Shown: positions 31,284-40,460 of the stretch, piece after piece
Position numbering within the stretch: the first letter of the stretch is position 1
How the letters are laid out: every line of letters starts with the position of its first letter
Origin: a virus
Length of the DNA: 40,587 nt
Strand: one strand, 5' to 3'
IMG/VR virus record: IMGVR_UViG_3300020156_000015
Location: 1-40,587 of that record
Position numbers and translations under genes: made by a program
Notes under the pieces: generated by a model
What the model was told of the DNA's origin: nothing
The model's database searches: none
Seen by the model: only the letters and a program-made list of their open reading frames with translations

Positions 31284-32858
31284 GTGGGAAAGAGCTACAA
31301 GGCGCCGGCCGCGCCCGACCCGAAGGTGACCTCGGAAATTCAGGGCGAAGTCAACAAGGACACTGCCCTGTTCAACCGCAACATCAACATGTTTGATGAG
31401 GTGGGGCCAGGCTACAGGGTCACGTATCAGCCAATCGCCGCGCCGAAGGTCAACACGGACGGTCTCGACAAACTGCGCACCGGGACTGGTGGGCAGGACT
31501 ACCTCACCCGGTATTCCGACGTGATGGACGCCTACAACACGAACAAGCCGGCGCTCGGGAACAAAACGGCCGACCAGTTCGCGTGGGAGCACTACAACAC
31601 CAGCGGTAAGAACGAGGGCCGGACCTGGACCGGCACGCCGTCCCTCGCGAACGGGGTCATTGACCAATATGTCGGCCTGACCGGCGGCAAGACCCAGTTT
31701 GACGACCTGCGTCGCGGCACGGGCTATCAGGGCGCCTTCGGGGGCGGGAAGTTTGAGGAGTACCTGAAGAACTCCGCCTACGACACCCGGGTCGATTACA
31801 TCAACAAGCTGATCGCCGCGGGCGCGGACCCGGACTATATCGACCAGCTGACCGCGACGCTTCCCGACCCGTCAACGGTGGCCAACCGCTACCGCCGGGT
31901 GACCGAGATGGACCCGGCGCAGAAGGCCATCTACGACAAGGAACAGCAGCTCACGGGCAAGCTGTTCGACACCGCGGAAGGCCAGCTTGGGCGCATCAAC
32001 ACCGCCCTCTCCACGCCGCTGGACCTGACTGGCCTGAACCCGCTCGTCACGTCGATCCTCGGCAACACGCTGGGCGGGAATGCGGCGCTGGCGAACGGCC
32101 AGATTGATCCCAACGTGGGGCTGGACAAAGGCACTTTCGATCAGCTGCGTCGGCAGGCCGGGTTCCAGGGGGAATTCGGCGGCGGCAATTTTGAGAATTG
32201 GCTGAAACAGCAGCCGGAGTCCGTGAGACAGGGGTACATCGCCAACCTCCGCTCCGCCGGGGTGGACCCTGACTATCTGGTCCAGCTGGGCGAGAAGCCG
32301 GACGACACCTTCGCTCTCAACCAGGAGCGGAACAAGACCGAAGCGGCCCTGTTCGGCCGGCTCAATCCGCAGCTGCAGCAGCGCCGGGCCGAGAAGGAAG
32401 CCCAGCTGATCAACCAGGGCGTGACGCCCGGGTCGGCGCGGTGGAACTCCGAGATGGACGACCTGGCGCGGCAGGAAAACGACCTGCGGCTTGGTGTGAC
32501 GGGCCAGGGGGTGAACGAACTTGCCACCCTGTTCGGGCTCCGGCTGTCGGACGCGCAGCTGGCGAACGCGGCCCGGTCCCAAGGTCTGCAAGAGCGGGCC
32601 TACGTGCAGAACCAGCCCATCAACCAGCTGTCGGCCCTGCTGGGGCTCACCCAGGTCGGCATGCCACAGGCCACGATCCCAGCCCCCCAGGGCGTGCAGG
32701 CACAGCCCGGGGACTATCAGGGCGCGGTCTACAACAACTACTCCGGCGCGCTGCAGAACGCCCAAATGCGGGCACAGCAGCAAAGCTCGATGATGGGCAG
32801 CCTGTTCGGGCTGGGTGGCGCGGCGCTGGGCGGCTGGGCCTACGGCGGCTTCAAGTAA
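31284..32858 (+). CDS. Internal virion / ejection-like protein with an internal ~67-aa duplication
   Basis: 524 aa, GTG start. Repeats LANGVIDQ...DPDYIDQL and LANGQIDP...DPDYLVQL. Gly-rich hydrophobic C-terminus. Confidence 0.6.
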   Translation: MGKSYKAPAAPDPKVTSEIQGEVNKDTALFNRNINMFDEVGPGYRVTYQPIAAPKVNTDGLDKLRTGTGGQDYLTRYSDVMDAYNTNKPALGNKTADQFAWEHYNTSGKNEGRTWTGTPSLANGVIDQYVGLTGGKTQFDDLRRGTGYQGAFGGGKFEEYLKNSAYDTRVDYINKLIAAGADPDYIDQLTATLPDPSTVANRYRRVTEMDPAQKAIYDKEQQLTGKLFDTAEGQLGRINTALSTPLDLTGLNPLVTSILGNTLGGNAALANGQIDPNVGLDKGTFDQLRRQAGFQGEFGGGNFENWLKQQPESVRQGYIANLRSAGVDPDYLVQLGEKPDDTFALNQERNKTEAALFGRLNPQLQQRRAEKEAQLINQGVTPGSARWNSEMDDLARQENDLRLGVTGQGVNELATLFGLRLSDAQLANAARSQGLQERAYVQNQPINQLSALLGLTQVGMPQATIPAPQGVQAQPGDYQGAVYNNYSGALQNAQMRAQQQSSMMGSLFGLGGAALGGWAYGGFK

Positions 32859-32869
32859 GGGGTTGAGCG

Positions 32870-34168
32870 ATGCAATCAGGACTCGGCTTCCTCCCGCAGA
32901 AGAGCGGGCGCACCGACCTCTCCGAGCTTTACAAGCGCCGGATGGCCCAGATGCTCCTGGAAACCGGGGCGAACACGGCGCCCGTTTCCGGGCCGCTGGA
33001 GGGGCTGGCGCGGGCGCTCCAGGCCGGCGTGGGCGGGTACATGGCCCACCGAGCGGATGAGGATGAGCGGGGAAAGCAGTCCGCCATTGCGCGCGAACTC
33101 GCCGCCGCGTTCTCCCCCCAGACAGCCCCCGATCCGACCGTTGCCGGGCCTCGCGCCGGCACCGGGACGGTCAGCCAGCCGACCAATGACTCTGTCGTCG
33201 CGGCGCTGCTCGGCTCCTCCATGCCGGAGGTGCAGCAGATGGGCTCGCAAATGCGGCTGTCGGGCCTCCAGAAGCAGATGGAGACCCAGGCGGCGCTGCA
33301 GGAATACGGCGGCAAGAAGGGCATAGACCTGCAGTTTGACCCGCGGATTGCGGGACAGACGGAAGCCGCCAAGAACCCGGCTTTGATCGAGCGCGCCCGG
33401 GGCGAAACGGACGCGCGCAACCAGTCCGAGCTGAACTACAAACCGCAGATTGAGGCTGCGCTGAACCCAATCCTGGCAGGCCGGGCTGGGCTCGTGCAGG
33501 ACGCACAGAATGCCTCAGACCTGAGCTTCAAGCCTCGCATTGCCGGCGCGACGCAGGACGCACAGAACCAAAGCAACCTGACGTATCAGCCGCAGATCAC
33601 GGCGGCCAATGAAACGGCCAAGAGCGACGTGGCCCTGTCCCCGGCTCCCGCGGGCGTACCGGGCTTGCCGGTTGGGGCCACGCGCGCGCAAGCCGAAGCG
33701 GCTGCCAAGGCAACCGGCGACAAGCCGACCGACACACAGAGGGCAGCGGCGGGCTTTGCCGAGCGGATGACCAACGCCCGGCAGATCATCGACCAGCTGG
33801 AGCAGACCAAGGGCTTCAATCCCGCTGGCGCGGTGACATCCCTGGCCCGGTGGTCGGGTGCTAACTCCGCAATGTCGGCCGATGCCCAGAGGTATTGGCA
33901 GGCCGCTGACAACTGGGTTCGCGCGAACCTCCGGAAGGAATCCGGCGCGGTCATTGGCACGGACGAAATGGCGGCGGAGATCGCCAACTACTTTCCGCAG
34001 CACGGTGACAGCCCGGAGGTCATCGCTCAGAAGGCGGCCAACCGTAAGCAGGTCGAGGAAAACTTGATCCGGCAGTCCGGCTCTGCTGCTGGGCGATCGC
34101 CAGAGGCAACAACCCCTGAACGGATCGCCCTCGAAGAGGAGGCCCGGCGGCGGGGGCTGATCCAATGA
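32870..34168 (+). CDS. Internal virion / ejection-like protein with tandem N-x-S-x-L-x-[YF]-[KQ]-P-[QR]-I repeats
   Basis: 432 aa. Repeat units around aa 152-247. Confidence 0.6.
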   Translation: MQSGLGFLPQKSGRTDLSELYKRRMAQMLLETGANTAPVSGPLEGLARALQAGVGGYMAHRADEDERGKQSAIARELAAAFSPQTAPDPTVAGPRAGTGTVSQPTNDSVVAALLGSSMPEVQQMGSQMRLSGLQKQMETQAALQEYGGKKGIDLQFDPRIAGQTEAAKNPALIERARGETDARNQSELNYKPQIEAALNPILAGRAGLVQDAQNASDLSFKPRIAGATQDAQNQSNLTYQPQITAANETAKSDVALSPAPAGVPGLPVGATRAQAEAAAKATGDKPTDTQRAAAGFAERMTNARQIIDQLEQTKGFNPAGAVTSLARWSGANSAMSADAQRYWQAADNWVRANLRKESGAVIGTDEMAAEIANYFPQHGDSPEVIAQKAANRKQVEENLIRQSGSAAGRSPEATTPERIALEEEARRRGLIQ

Positions 34169-35880
34169 CAGACCTCTCCGGCCTCTCCGACGACGAACTC
34201 CTCCGCATGCTCGGCCAGCAGCAAGCGGGCCCGCGCACCGCGCCTGTGGCCCCGCCAGTTGCTGAGATGGCGGATGAGCAAATCTTAGCGGCTCTGGGCA
34301 TCGCGCCCGCCCCGGTGGGCGACCCAAGCAAGGCCAGCTCCGGGTTTGCGCAGGGCTTGATGGACCCCGCTGTCGCGGCGACTCAGATTGGAGCGCGCCT
34401 GCCCTCCAACATGGAGGGGATGAACGCATTCACCATGGGCTTCATGCCAGGAATGGATGGCGTCGGGCCGATGGGCGTGTCGTCCGCGGAATTCGACCAG
34501 CAACTGAAGCAGGATGAGGCCAACTATCAGGCCCGCCGCAAGGTGGAAGGTGACGAGGGCATTGACTGGGATCGCTTGGGCGGCCAGGTGGCGGGGACAG
34601 CCCCGTTGATGGCCATGGCCCCGGTGCCCGCAACCATCGGCCAGGCCACTGGCATTGGCATTGGAACTGGCGCCCTGTCCGGCCTCCTGTCGCCCGTCAC
34701 GAACGGTGGCGAGGACTTCTGGAAGGAGAAGGGCAAGCAGGTCGGCATAAATGTCGCTGGGGGGCTCGTCGGCGGACCTCTCGCCTATGGCGCGTCCCGC
34801 GTGGTCCAGCCACAGACCGACAAGGTGGTCAAAGCTCTGATGGAGCGGGGGATCACCCCGACCCCGGGTCAAATCCTCCGCGGTGGCTGGCAGCGCGCAG
34901 AAGAGAAGTTGACGAGCGTTCCGGTGCTCGGGGACCTAATCAAGAACTCGCAGCGCCGGGCCGTTCAGGACTTGAACCGAGCCGCCTATGACAGCGCCTT
35001 GGACAACATCGGCACCAAAGCGTCCGGCGCCGTTGGTCGCGAGGGCGTGGAGGAGGTCAAGCGAACGATCCAGGGCGCCTACGACAAACTCCTGCCAAAG
35101 CTGAAGCTGGTTCCGGATGATCAGCTATTGTCTGAGGTGGAGTCAGCCCTTGGACGTGCCGCAATGGTCCCTGATGCGGTGAAGCAACAGGCCCGGGACT
35201 TCTTTGAGCAGCAGGTGACGAACCGGCTTCGGGAAACAGGGGGGGTGATCGACGGGAACACCTTCAAAGGCATTGAGAGCGAGTTTGCCCGCGTTGCGAG
35301 CAAGATGAAGGCTGACCCTCGCTATGATGTGAACCGGATGGGCGAGGCCCTGGATGATGTCCTAGGCGCGCTACGACAGAACCTGGACCGCAGCAACCCG
35401 GAGTTCGCTGGTGAACTGGCGAAGATCAACAGGGCATGGGCGGAGTATGCTCGCATCCGGGATGCGGCGGGGCGCACCGGGGCGACTGACGGCGTCTTCT
35501 CCCCCGCCCAACTCCAGGCCGCCGTACGCGCTGGCGATAAGAGTAAGGGGAAGGACGCGTTTGCCAGGGGCACGGCTCTCGGGCAAGACTTATCAGACGC
35601 GGCGGTTGACGTTCTTGGGCAGGCATACCCGGACAGCGGGACTCCCGGCCGCATCTTCGCCGGAGCGCTCGGGGCCGGCGGCCTCGGCATGGTCAATCCA
35701 CTTATCCCCATGGGGGTAGGCGCCGCGGCGCTTCCATACACCTCGGTAGGGCAGCGCCTGGCCGCCGCTCTCCTGACCCAGCGGCCGAGCGTCGCCGGCC
35801 CCGTCGCAGAGGGCGTCAGGCGCGGCGGCGTGCCGGCCTCTGTAGCGATTGCACAGATGCTTGCACAATCCAATCAGTGA
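34165..35880 (+). CDS. Internal virion / ejection-like protein (571 aa)
   Basis: ATGA-coupled to the previous gene. Gly/Ala-rich hydrophobic segments. The function is inferred from position. Confidence 0.55.
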   Translation: MTDLSGLSDDELLRMLGQQQAGPRTAPVAPPVAEMADEQILAALGIAPAPVGDPSKASSGFAQGLMDPAVAATQIGARLPSNMEGMNAFTMGFMPGMDGVGPMGVSSAEFDQQLKQDEANYQARRKVEGDEGIDWDRLGGQVAGTAPLMAMAPVPATIGQATGIGIGTGALSGLLSPVTNGGEDFWKEKGKQVGINVAGGLVGGPLAYGASRVVQPQTDKVVKALMERGITPTPGQILRGGWQRAEEKLTSVPVLGDLIKNSQRRAVQDLNRAAYDSALDNIGTKASGAVGREGVEEVKRTIQGAYDKLLPKLKLVPDDQLLSEVESALGRAAMVPDAVKQQARDFFEQQVTNRLRETGGVIDGNTFKGIESEFARVASKMKADPRYDVNRMGEALDDVLGALRQNLDRSNPEFAGELAKINRAWAEYARIRDAAGRTGATDGVFSPAQLQAAVRAGDKSKGKDAFARGTALGQDLSDAAVDVLGQAYPDSGTPGRIFAGALGAGGLGMVNPLIPMGVGAAALPYTSVGQRLAAALLTQRPSVAGPVAEGVRRGGVPASVAIAQMLAQSNQ

Positions 35881-36017
35881 GGGGATAGCCGCGGCGGCAG
35901 CGCCAGCCAGCAATCCGCGCCACATCTCGTCATCTGTCATACCCCGACACTACCACAGCCCCAACCGATAGGGGCGGTGGAAAAGCACACCCAAATTCCA
36001 CCAACGGAGTCCTCCCG

Positions 36018-37070
36018 ATGGCCTTCAACGGATCGGGCACGTTCAACCGTGTCTACAACTGGGTCACCGACAAGGCGAACGCCATCAAGATCACCGCGTC
36101 CAGGGTGGACACGGAGATGGACGGCTTCGCCACCGGCCTGTCTACCTGCATCACCAAAGACGGGCAGACGACCATCACGGCCGACCTCCCTATGTCCACC
36201 TTCAAGCACACTGGGGTTGGGAACGCTTCTGCTCGCACCCACTACGCAGCCGCCGGGCAAATCCAGGACGAGGCCCTGGTGTTCGTCGCCGCGTCCGGTG
36301 TGGGCGGGACGGGCAACGCCATCACCCTGACCCCGACGCCCGCGATCACGGCGATGGTGGCGGGCAACCGCTTCTGCTTTCTCGCAGAGGCGACGAACAC
36401 CGCGGCGACGACTATCGCGGTATCCGGCCTCACGGCGACGGATGTGCGGATCAACGGCGCCGCCCTGGTCGGGGGCGAGATCGTCAGTGGGCGCCTCTAC
36501 GAGGTGCGATACGACGGCACCTATTGGAACCTGTCAGCCATCGGCGCGGGCATCTACCAGGGCACCCACGAGTTCTGGTTGCCTGCCGCAGGGTTTACCC
36601 CCCGCACAACCAACGGTGCCTCTCCCAGCACGTCTGAGAGCACGACAAACGACGTGATGACGAAGACGCTGGACTTCGACCAGACCACGTCGGAAGGCGC
36701 CCAGGCGCAAATCGTGTTCCCAAAGAGCTGGGACGAGGGGACGATTACCTTTGTCCCGTACTGGACAGCATCCAGCGGCTCCGGTGGCGTGGTCTGGGCG
36801 CTCCGCGGTGTCGCGCTGTCCAATGACGATGCCATCGACACTGCTTACGGCACAGAACAGACGAGCACGGACACACTGATTGCGACGGGTGACATTCACG
36901 TCGGCCCCGAATCCTCGGCCATCACGATAGCCGGCACGCCGGCCGCGGGCGACTGGGTGTCCCTTGAGATCAAGCGGAACACCTCGGACGGCTCCGACAC
37001 CCTCAACGCGGATGCAAAGCTGCTTGGCGTCCTGGTCCGCTGCAAGATCAACGGGGCGAACGACGCATGA
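36018..37070 (+). CDS. Tail fibre protein
   Basis: The N-terminus MAFNGSGTFNRVYNWVTDKANAIKITASRVDTEMDGFATGLSTCITKDGQ matches a common phage tail-fibre N-terminal anchor pattern. Confidence 0.7.
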   Translation: MAFNGSGTFNRVYNWVTDKANAIKITASRVDTEMDGFATGLSTCITKDGQTTITADLPMSTFKHTGVGNASARTHYAAAGQIQDEALVFVAASGVGGTGNAITLTPTPAITAMVAGNRFCFLAEATNTAATTIAVSGLTATDVRINGAALVGGEIVSGRLYEVRYDGTYWNLSAIGAGIYQGTHEFWLPAAGFTPRTTNGASPSTSESTTNDVMTKTLDFDQTTSEGAQAQIVFPKSWDEGTITFVPYWTASSGSGGVVWALRGVALSNDDAIDTAYGTEQTSTDTLIATGDIHVGPESSAITIAGTPAAGDWVSLEIKRNTSDGSDTLNADAKLLGVLVRCKINGANDA

Positions 37071-37762
37071 TCATCTCACCCTTCGGGCCGTTCTATATGG
37101 CGCCGGGCGGCGGGCCGACTGACCCGCTCTGGTCATTTGTCGTGGCGCTCTTGCAGCCGGGCGCCGGTGCGTCGAGCTACACCACAGACGAGACAGGCAA
37201 GGCGGTCACGCTCGTGGGCGATGCGGCCCTCTCCAGTACAACACCTTTCGGTGACATCAAGAGTTTCGCGCTTGATGGCGGGGCTGATTTCGTCCGGCTC
37301 GGAGATTCATCCTCCTGGGCGTTCGGGACGGACCTTCTCACGATTGAGGTGATGGTGCGACCGACCGCCACCTCAACCAACCGTCAGGTGTTCTTCCAAG
37401 GCCCGGACCTCTCGAACAACATCACCTGCTATCTCAACACGACCGACTTCCCGGTTTTCCAGGTCACGAGCGGCGGCTCCAACTTGGTGTCAATCACAGG
37501 GACGACGGCGCTCACGACCAGTTCTTGGAACTACCTCGGGATCACGCGCCGCACCGGAAACGAATGGGCGGTTAAGGTCAACTCAGGGTCGGAGAACACG
37601 GCAACAGCAAGCATCTCCGTCCCGGACTTCTCCGGCAATTGGGATTGGGGCGGGATCGACGGTGTTGGCAATTACATGACCGGCCAAATGACCATGATGC
37701 GGATCACGCGCGGTGCGTCCCGCACCTTGATAAGCCCGGCGACATCATATCCGGTCAGTTGA
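37067..37762 (+). CDS. LamG/concanavalin-like lectin-fold protein (tail-associated)
   Basis: LDGGADFVRLGDSSSWAFGTDLLTIEVMVRP ... SWNYLGITR is the Laminin_G_3-like pattern. ATGA-coupled to the tail fibre gene. Confidence 0.65.
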   Translation: MIISPFGPFYMAPGGGPTDPLWSFVVALLQPGAGASSYTTDETGKAVTLVGDAALSSTTPFGDIKSFALDGGADFVRLGDSSSWAFGTDLLTIEVMVRPTATSTNRQVFFQGPDLSNNITCYLNTTDFPVFQVTSGGSNLVSITGTTALTTSSWNYLGITRRTGNEWAVKVNSGSENTATASISVPDFSGNWDWGGIDGVGNYMTGQMTMMRITRGASRTLISPATSYPVS

Positions 37763-38480
37763 CGGCGGTCACCCGAATGTCAACGCTCGTCCTGGGGTCC
37801 GTCATCTCGGCGGACGCATTCGTCCGGTGAATCGCATAACCGTCGAAGATTGCGCAGTCCCCCACTTCAAACGCGGGGGCGAATAATTCGCCAGCTCCCT
37901 CCAGGGAATCTGTAGATATGGACCAGCCATCCGCGCTTGGCGGCAAGATGGCTGCCGTTTGAGAAACAAGAAACTCGATGGCGGGCGCTGTGTGGCCGCA
38001 CGGAGTGAGGGGTATCCAAATGGTCAGGTCTTCGCCTCGGTGGAACTGTCGGTCTTGATGCCAAAGCCACTCAGTCCTCCGGGGGCTCGTAGCGCTATTC
38101 TCCGGACGAGCCCATCCGGAGTGGTAGGAGAACCTTGGCGCCACAACCTGCCCGATAGTGCGAAGCACCACAGGCGATGACCGGAACATGAGGTCTAATG
38201 CCGACACGGCCAAGGGGACGTGCTGAATAGGGAAGGCCGGCGAGCGTCGCAGGAAGTCCAGTTCACCGAAGCGTGAAAGGGCCGAGTTCTTCCCGAGCCT
38301 GCCTGGGCTGTTCGCGTAGGTACAGGCGAAGTGATCGGCCACTTCGATAGCGTCCCGAAGCTCGACCAGGAGCCGGTGGGATGCCGAGAACGCATTACGC
38401 ACTACCGCCAGGTGGTGCTGCCGCAGGGCGGCGACAACGGCGCCCGCGCCAGCCGAGGCATCTACTTCAGCTTCTCCCAT
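37755..38480 (-). CDS. PhyH-type Fe(II)/2-oxoglutarate dioxygenase (reverse-strand moron)
   Basis: WHQD (HxD), IFDGYAIHRT (distal His) and RTSVDIR (Arg). Opposite strand to the late operon, with visibly lower GC. Confidence 0.75.
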   Translation of the reverse strand: MGEAEVDASAGAGAVVAALRQHHLAVVRNAFSASHRLLVELRDAIEVADHFACTYANSPGRLGKNSALSRFGELDFLRRSPAFPIQHVPLAVSALDLMFRSSPVVLRTIGQVVAPRFSYHSGWARPENSATSPRRTEWLWHQDRQFHRGEDLTIWIPLTPCGHTAPAIEFLVSQTAAILPPSADGWSISTDSLEGAGELFAPAFEVGDCAIFDGYAIHRTNASAEMTDPRTSVDIRVTAVN

Positions 38481-38526
38481 CTGCCACCCCCGAAATTGTC
38501 CGGCTTTCTACCACCAGAGGCAATCA

Positions 38527-38991
38527 ATGCGCTACGACCTATACAAGGGCGCGGCATTCGTCGCGTCGTATCAATTTGATGGCGAGCCGCCCGAGCTGCA
38601 TCCCAACAAGGGCCGGCTGCTCAAGAACGACCCGCCGTCCTACGATCCCGCCACCCAGAAGCGGGTCCAGGACGCGGTGACGGAGGAGTCCACCGAGGTC
38701 ACCTACACCGTGTCCGACCTGACCACGGAGGAGCTGGACGCTCTCCACCCGCGCAAGATGCTCTCCGGGTTTCAGGCAATCACCCTGATTTCGGACGTGA
38801 TCGGGGAAACCCGCTTCGAAGAAATCTGGGACGACAACCGCCTGAAGAAGCTACAGCGCCGGGTGAACTCCTGCCGCGACGTGGACCCCGCCGACATGCC
38901 CGGAGTCTTTGCTCTGATCGCCTCGGTTGATGAGACCTACATCACCCAAGCGGAACAGGACGCCATCATGGCCGCCTGGCCGAGGGCGTAG
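38527..38991 (+). CDS. Hypothetical protein (154 aa)
   Basis: ORF divergent from the dioxygenase gene. SD AGAGG. Confidence 0.65.
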   Translation: MRYDLYKGAAFVASYQFDGEPPELHPNKGRLLKNDPPSYDPATQKRVQDAVTEESTEVTYTVSDLTTEELDALHPRKMLSGFQAITLISDVIGETRFEEIWDDNRLKKLQRRVNSCRDVDPADMPGVFALIASVDETYITQAEQDAIMAAWPRA

Positions 38992-38993
38992 CC

Positions 38994-39281
38994 ATGGGCT
39001 GGCTGCGCGCGGTCGGCTCCACTCTCTCCCGCCTGCTCAACGCCATCATCCTCGGCCGCACGCCCCGATTCACGACTTCCGCGGAGGCGTGGTGGATGGC
39101 CCGCTATGGCGATACAGAGCACGAGCGGGCCACTGGCGCACGGCTGGTTACCTGGATCGATCGCCTGCCACTGAACGGCCCCGGGCACTGCAAAGGCGCC
39201 TGGGAAGATCACCGGGCCTTCATGCAGGGGCGGATCGCACGGGCGTCGCTGATCGACGGCTTAACGCCGAGAGATCGATGA
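38994..39281 (+). CDS. Hypothetical protein (95 aa)
   Basis: ORF starting 2 nt after the previous stop. N-terminal hydrophobic segment. Confidence 0.6.
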   Translation: MGWLRAVGSTLSRLLNAIILGRTPRFTTSAEAWWMARYGDTEHERATGARLVTWIDRLPLNGPGHCKGAWEDHRAFMQGRIARASLIDGLTPRDR

Positions 39282-39493
39282 CCAAAATTCGTGCGCGCCG
39301 GCGACTGAGCGGCTTGCGCGCGGAGTAATCCGTTACGACAATGGGAAGTGCCGCCGCTGAAAAGCGGGGCCAGGCCGGCGAGCGGGACGAAGGTTCCTAG
39401 GCCAGATATCCCGCCGCCGCGCCTCTCTCGATCCCCGGACGGACTCTACATCCGCGAGGGGCTCTAACATCCACCCTCAAGCAGCGAGGAAAG

Positions 39494-40342
39494 ATGCCTG
39501 ATCCGACTTTGCCCACCCTCGACTCTGTTGGCAACTGCCAATCGTTCGCCGTCGAGCGCATCCCCGAGGTGACCTACAAGGGGCACCGAGTCGTGACCAC
39601 CGCGACACTGGCGGCGGCTTACGGCGCTGGCAGCAAGCACATCCAAGACAACTTCTCCAACCACGCTGAACGGTTTGAGGAGGGAAAGCACTTCTACCGG
39701 GTGGTGGGAGCCGAGTTGCGGGCCTTCAAGAACTACCCCGACAATATCGGGTTAGTGGACCCGCACGCCCGCCATCTCATCCTCTGGACAGCCAAAGGCG
39801 CGGCGCGGCACGCAAAGATTCTCGACACCGACGAAGCCTGGGAGGTGTTCGAGAAACTGGAAGACGCCTACTTCGAGGGCGCGCCCGCAAAGGTAACGCG
39901 GATCGGCACCGCCAAGGAGGTGGCGGGGGTCTTCCGCAGCTACTACGGCATTGCCCGGCTGATCGGATGTGATCGCAACCAATCGGCGCTTGCCGCGAAT
40001 CGGGCTGTCGTTTCCGAGGTGGGCATCGACCCTCTGGAGGCACTCGGCATCAAGGCCCTGGTCGCGCCGCAGCAGGCAAAGGACCTCACGGTCACGATGC
40101 TGGCGGAAGAGATGAAGGTGAAGTCCGCCATCGCCATGAACCAGCTTCTTTCGGAACGCGGCTATCAGGTCGGCAAGCGCGACTCCCGGGGCCGGGCCTA
40201 TTGGGAGCCGACCGCCAAGGGGCAGCCCTTCGCCATCTGGAAGGACACCGGCAAGAAGCACTCCAACGGCACCCCAGTCCGCCAGTTGTTCTGGGCCGCC
40301 TCTCTGGTACCGGCGCTTCAGACGGACGTGGCCAATGACTGA
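39494..40342 (+). CDS. Antirepressor-like protein (ORF6N/KilA-N N-terminal domain)
   Basis: YKGHRVVTTATLAAAYGAGSKHIQDNFSNHAERFEEGKHFYRVVGAELRAFK is the ORF6N pattern. SD GAGGAAAG. Confidence 0.8.
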   Translation: MPDPTLPTLDSVGNCQSFAVERIPEVTYKGHRVVTTATLAAAYGAGSKHIQDNFSNHAERFEEGKHFYRVVGAELRAFKNYPDNIGLVDPHARHLILWTAKGAARHAKILDTDEAWEVFEKLEDAYFEGAPAKVTRIGTAKEVAGVFRSYYGIARLIGCDRNQSALAANRAVVSEVGIDPLEALGIKALVAPQQAKDLTVTMLAEEMKVKSAIAMNQLLSERGYQVGKRDSRGRAYWEPTAKGQPFAIWKDTGKKHSNGTPVRQLFWAASLVPALQTDVAND

Positions 40343-40457
40343 GACGGAACGGCTGGTCGCTGAGTGCCGAGAGACATGGGGCGAGAGGGCTGCCAGGGAA
40401 TTGGCGGAACTGTTCGGCCTGAACTATGACGAGTTGAAGGAGCCGGAGGCCGCATAG
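40335..40457 (+). CDS. Small hypothetical protein (40 aa, below the ORF-track cutoff)
   Basis: ATG 40335 overlaps the antirepressor stop. Ends 25 nt before the terminator. Confidence 0.35.
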   Translation: MTETERLVAECRETWGERAARELAELFGLNYDELKEPEAA

Positions 40458-40460
40458 CCC

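Larger units (their letters stand above)
1..40460. mobile_element. Complete temperate (integrase-encoding) podovirus-like phage genome, unit length 40,460 bp
   Basis: Exact 127-bp end duplication. Full complement of lysis, integration, immunity, replication, packaging and virion genes. attP lies internal to the contig. Confidence 0.9.

Noticed and set aside
35593-35940. A minus-strand 115-aa ORF at the end of the third internal-virion gene.
   Set aside because: It mostly overlaps the well-supported plus-strand gene 34165..35880. Its unique part is only about 20 codons, with no SD.
36018-38480. A diversity-generating retroelement near the tail-fibre and LamG genes, considered because the capsid resembles BPP-1-like phages.
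   Set aside because: No reverse transcriptase ORF exists anywhere in the genome, and I found no template/variable repeat pair with adenine-specific differences.
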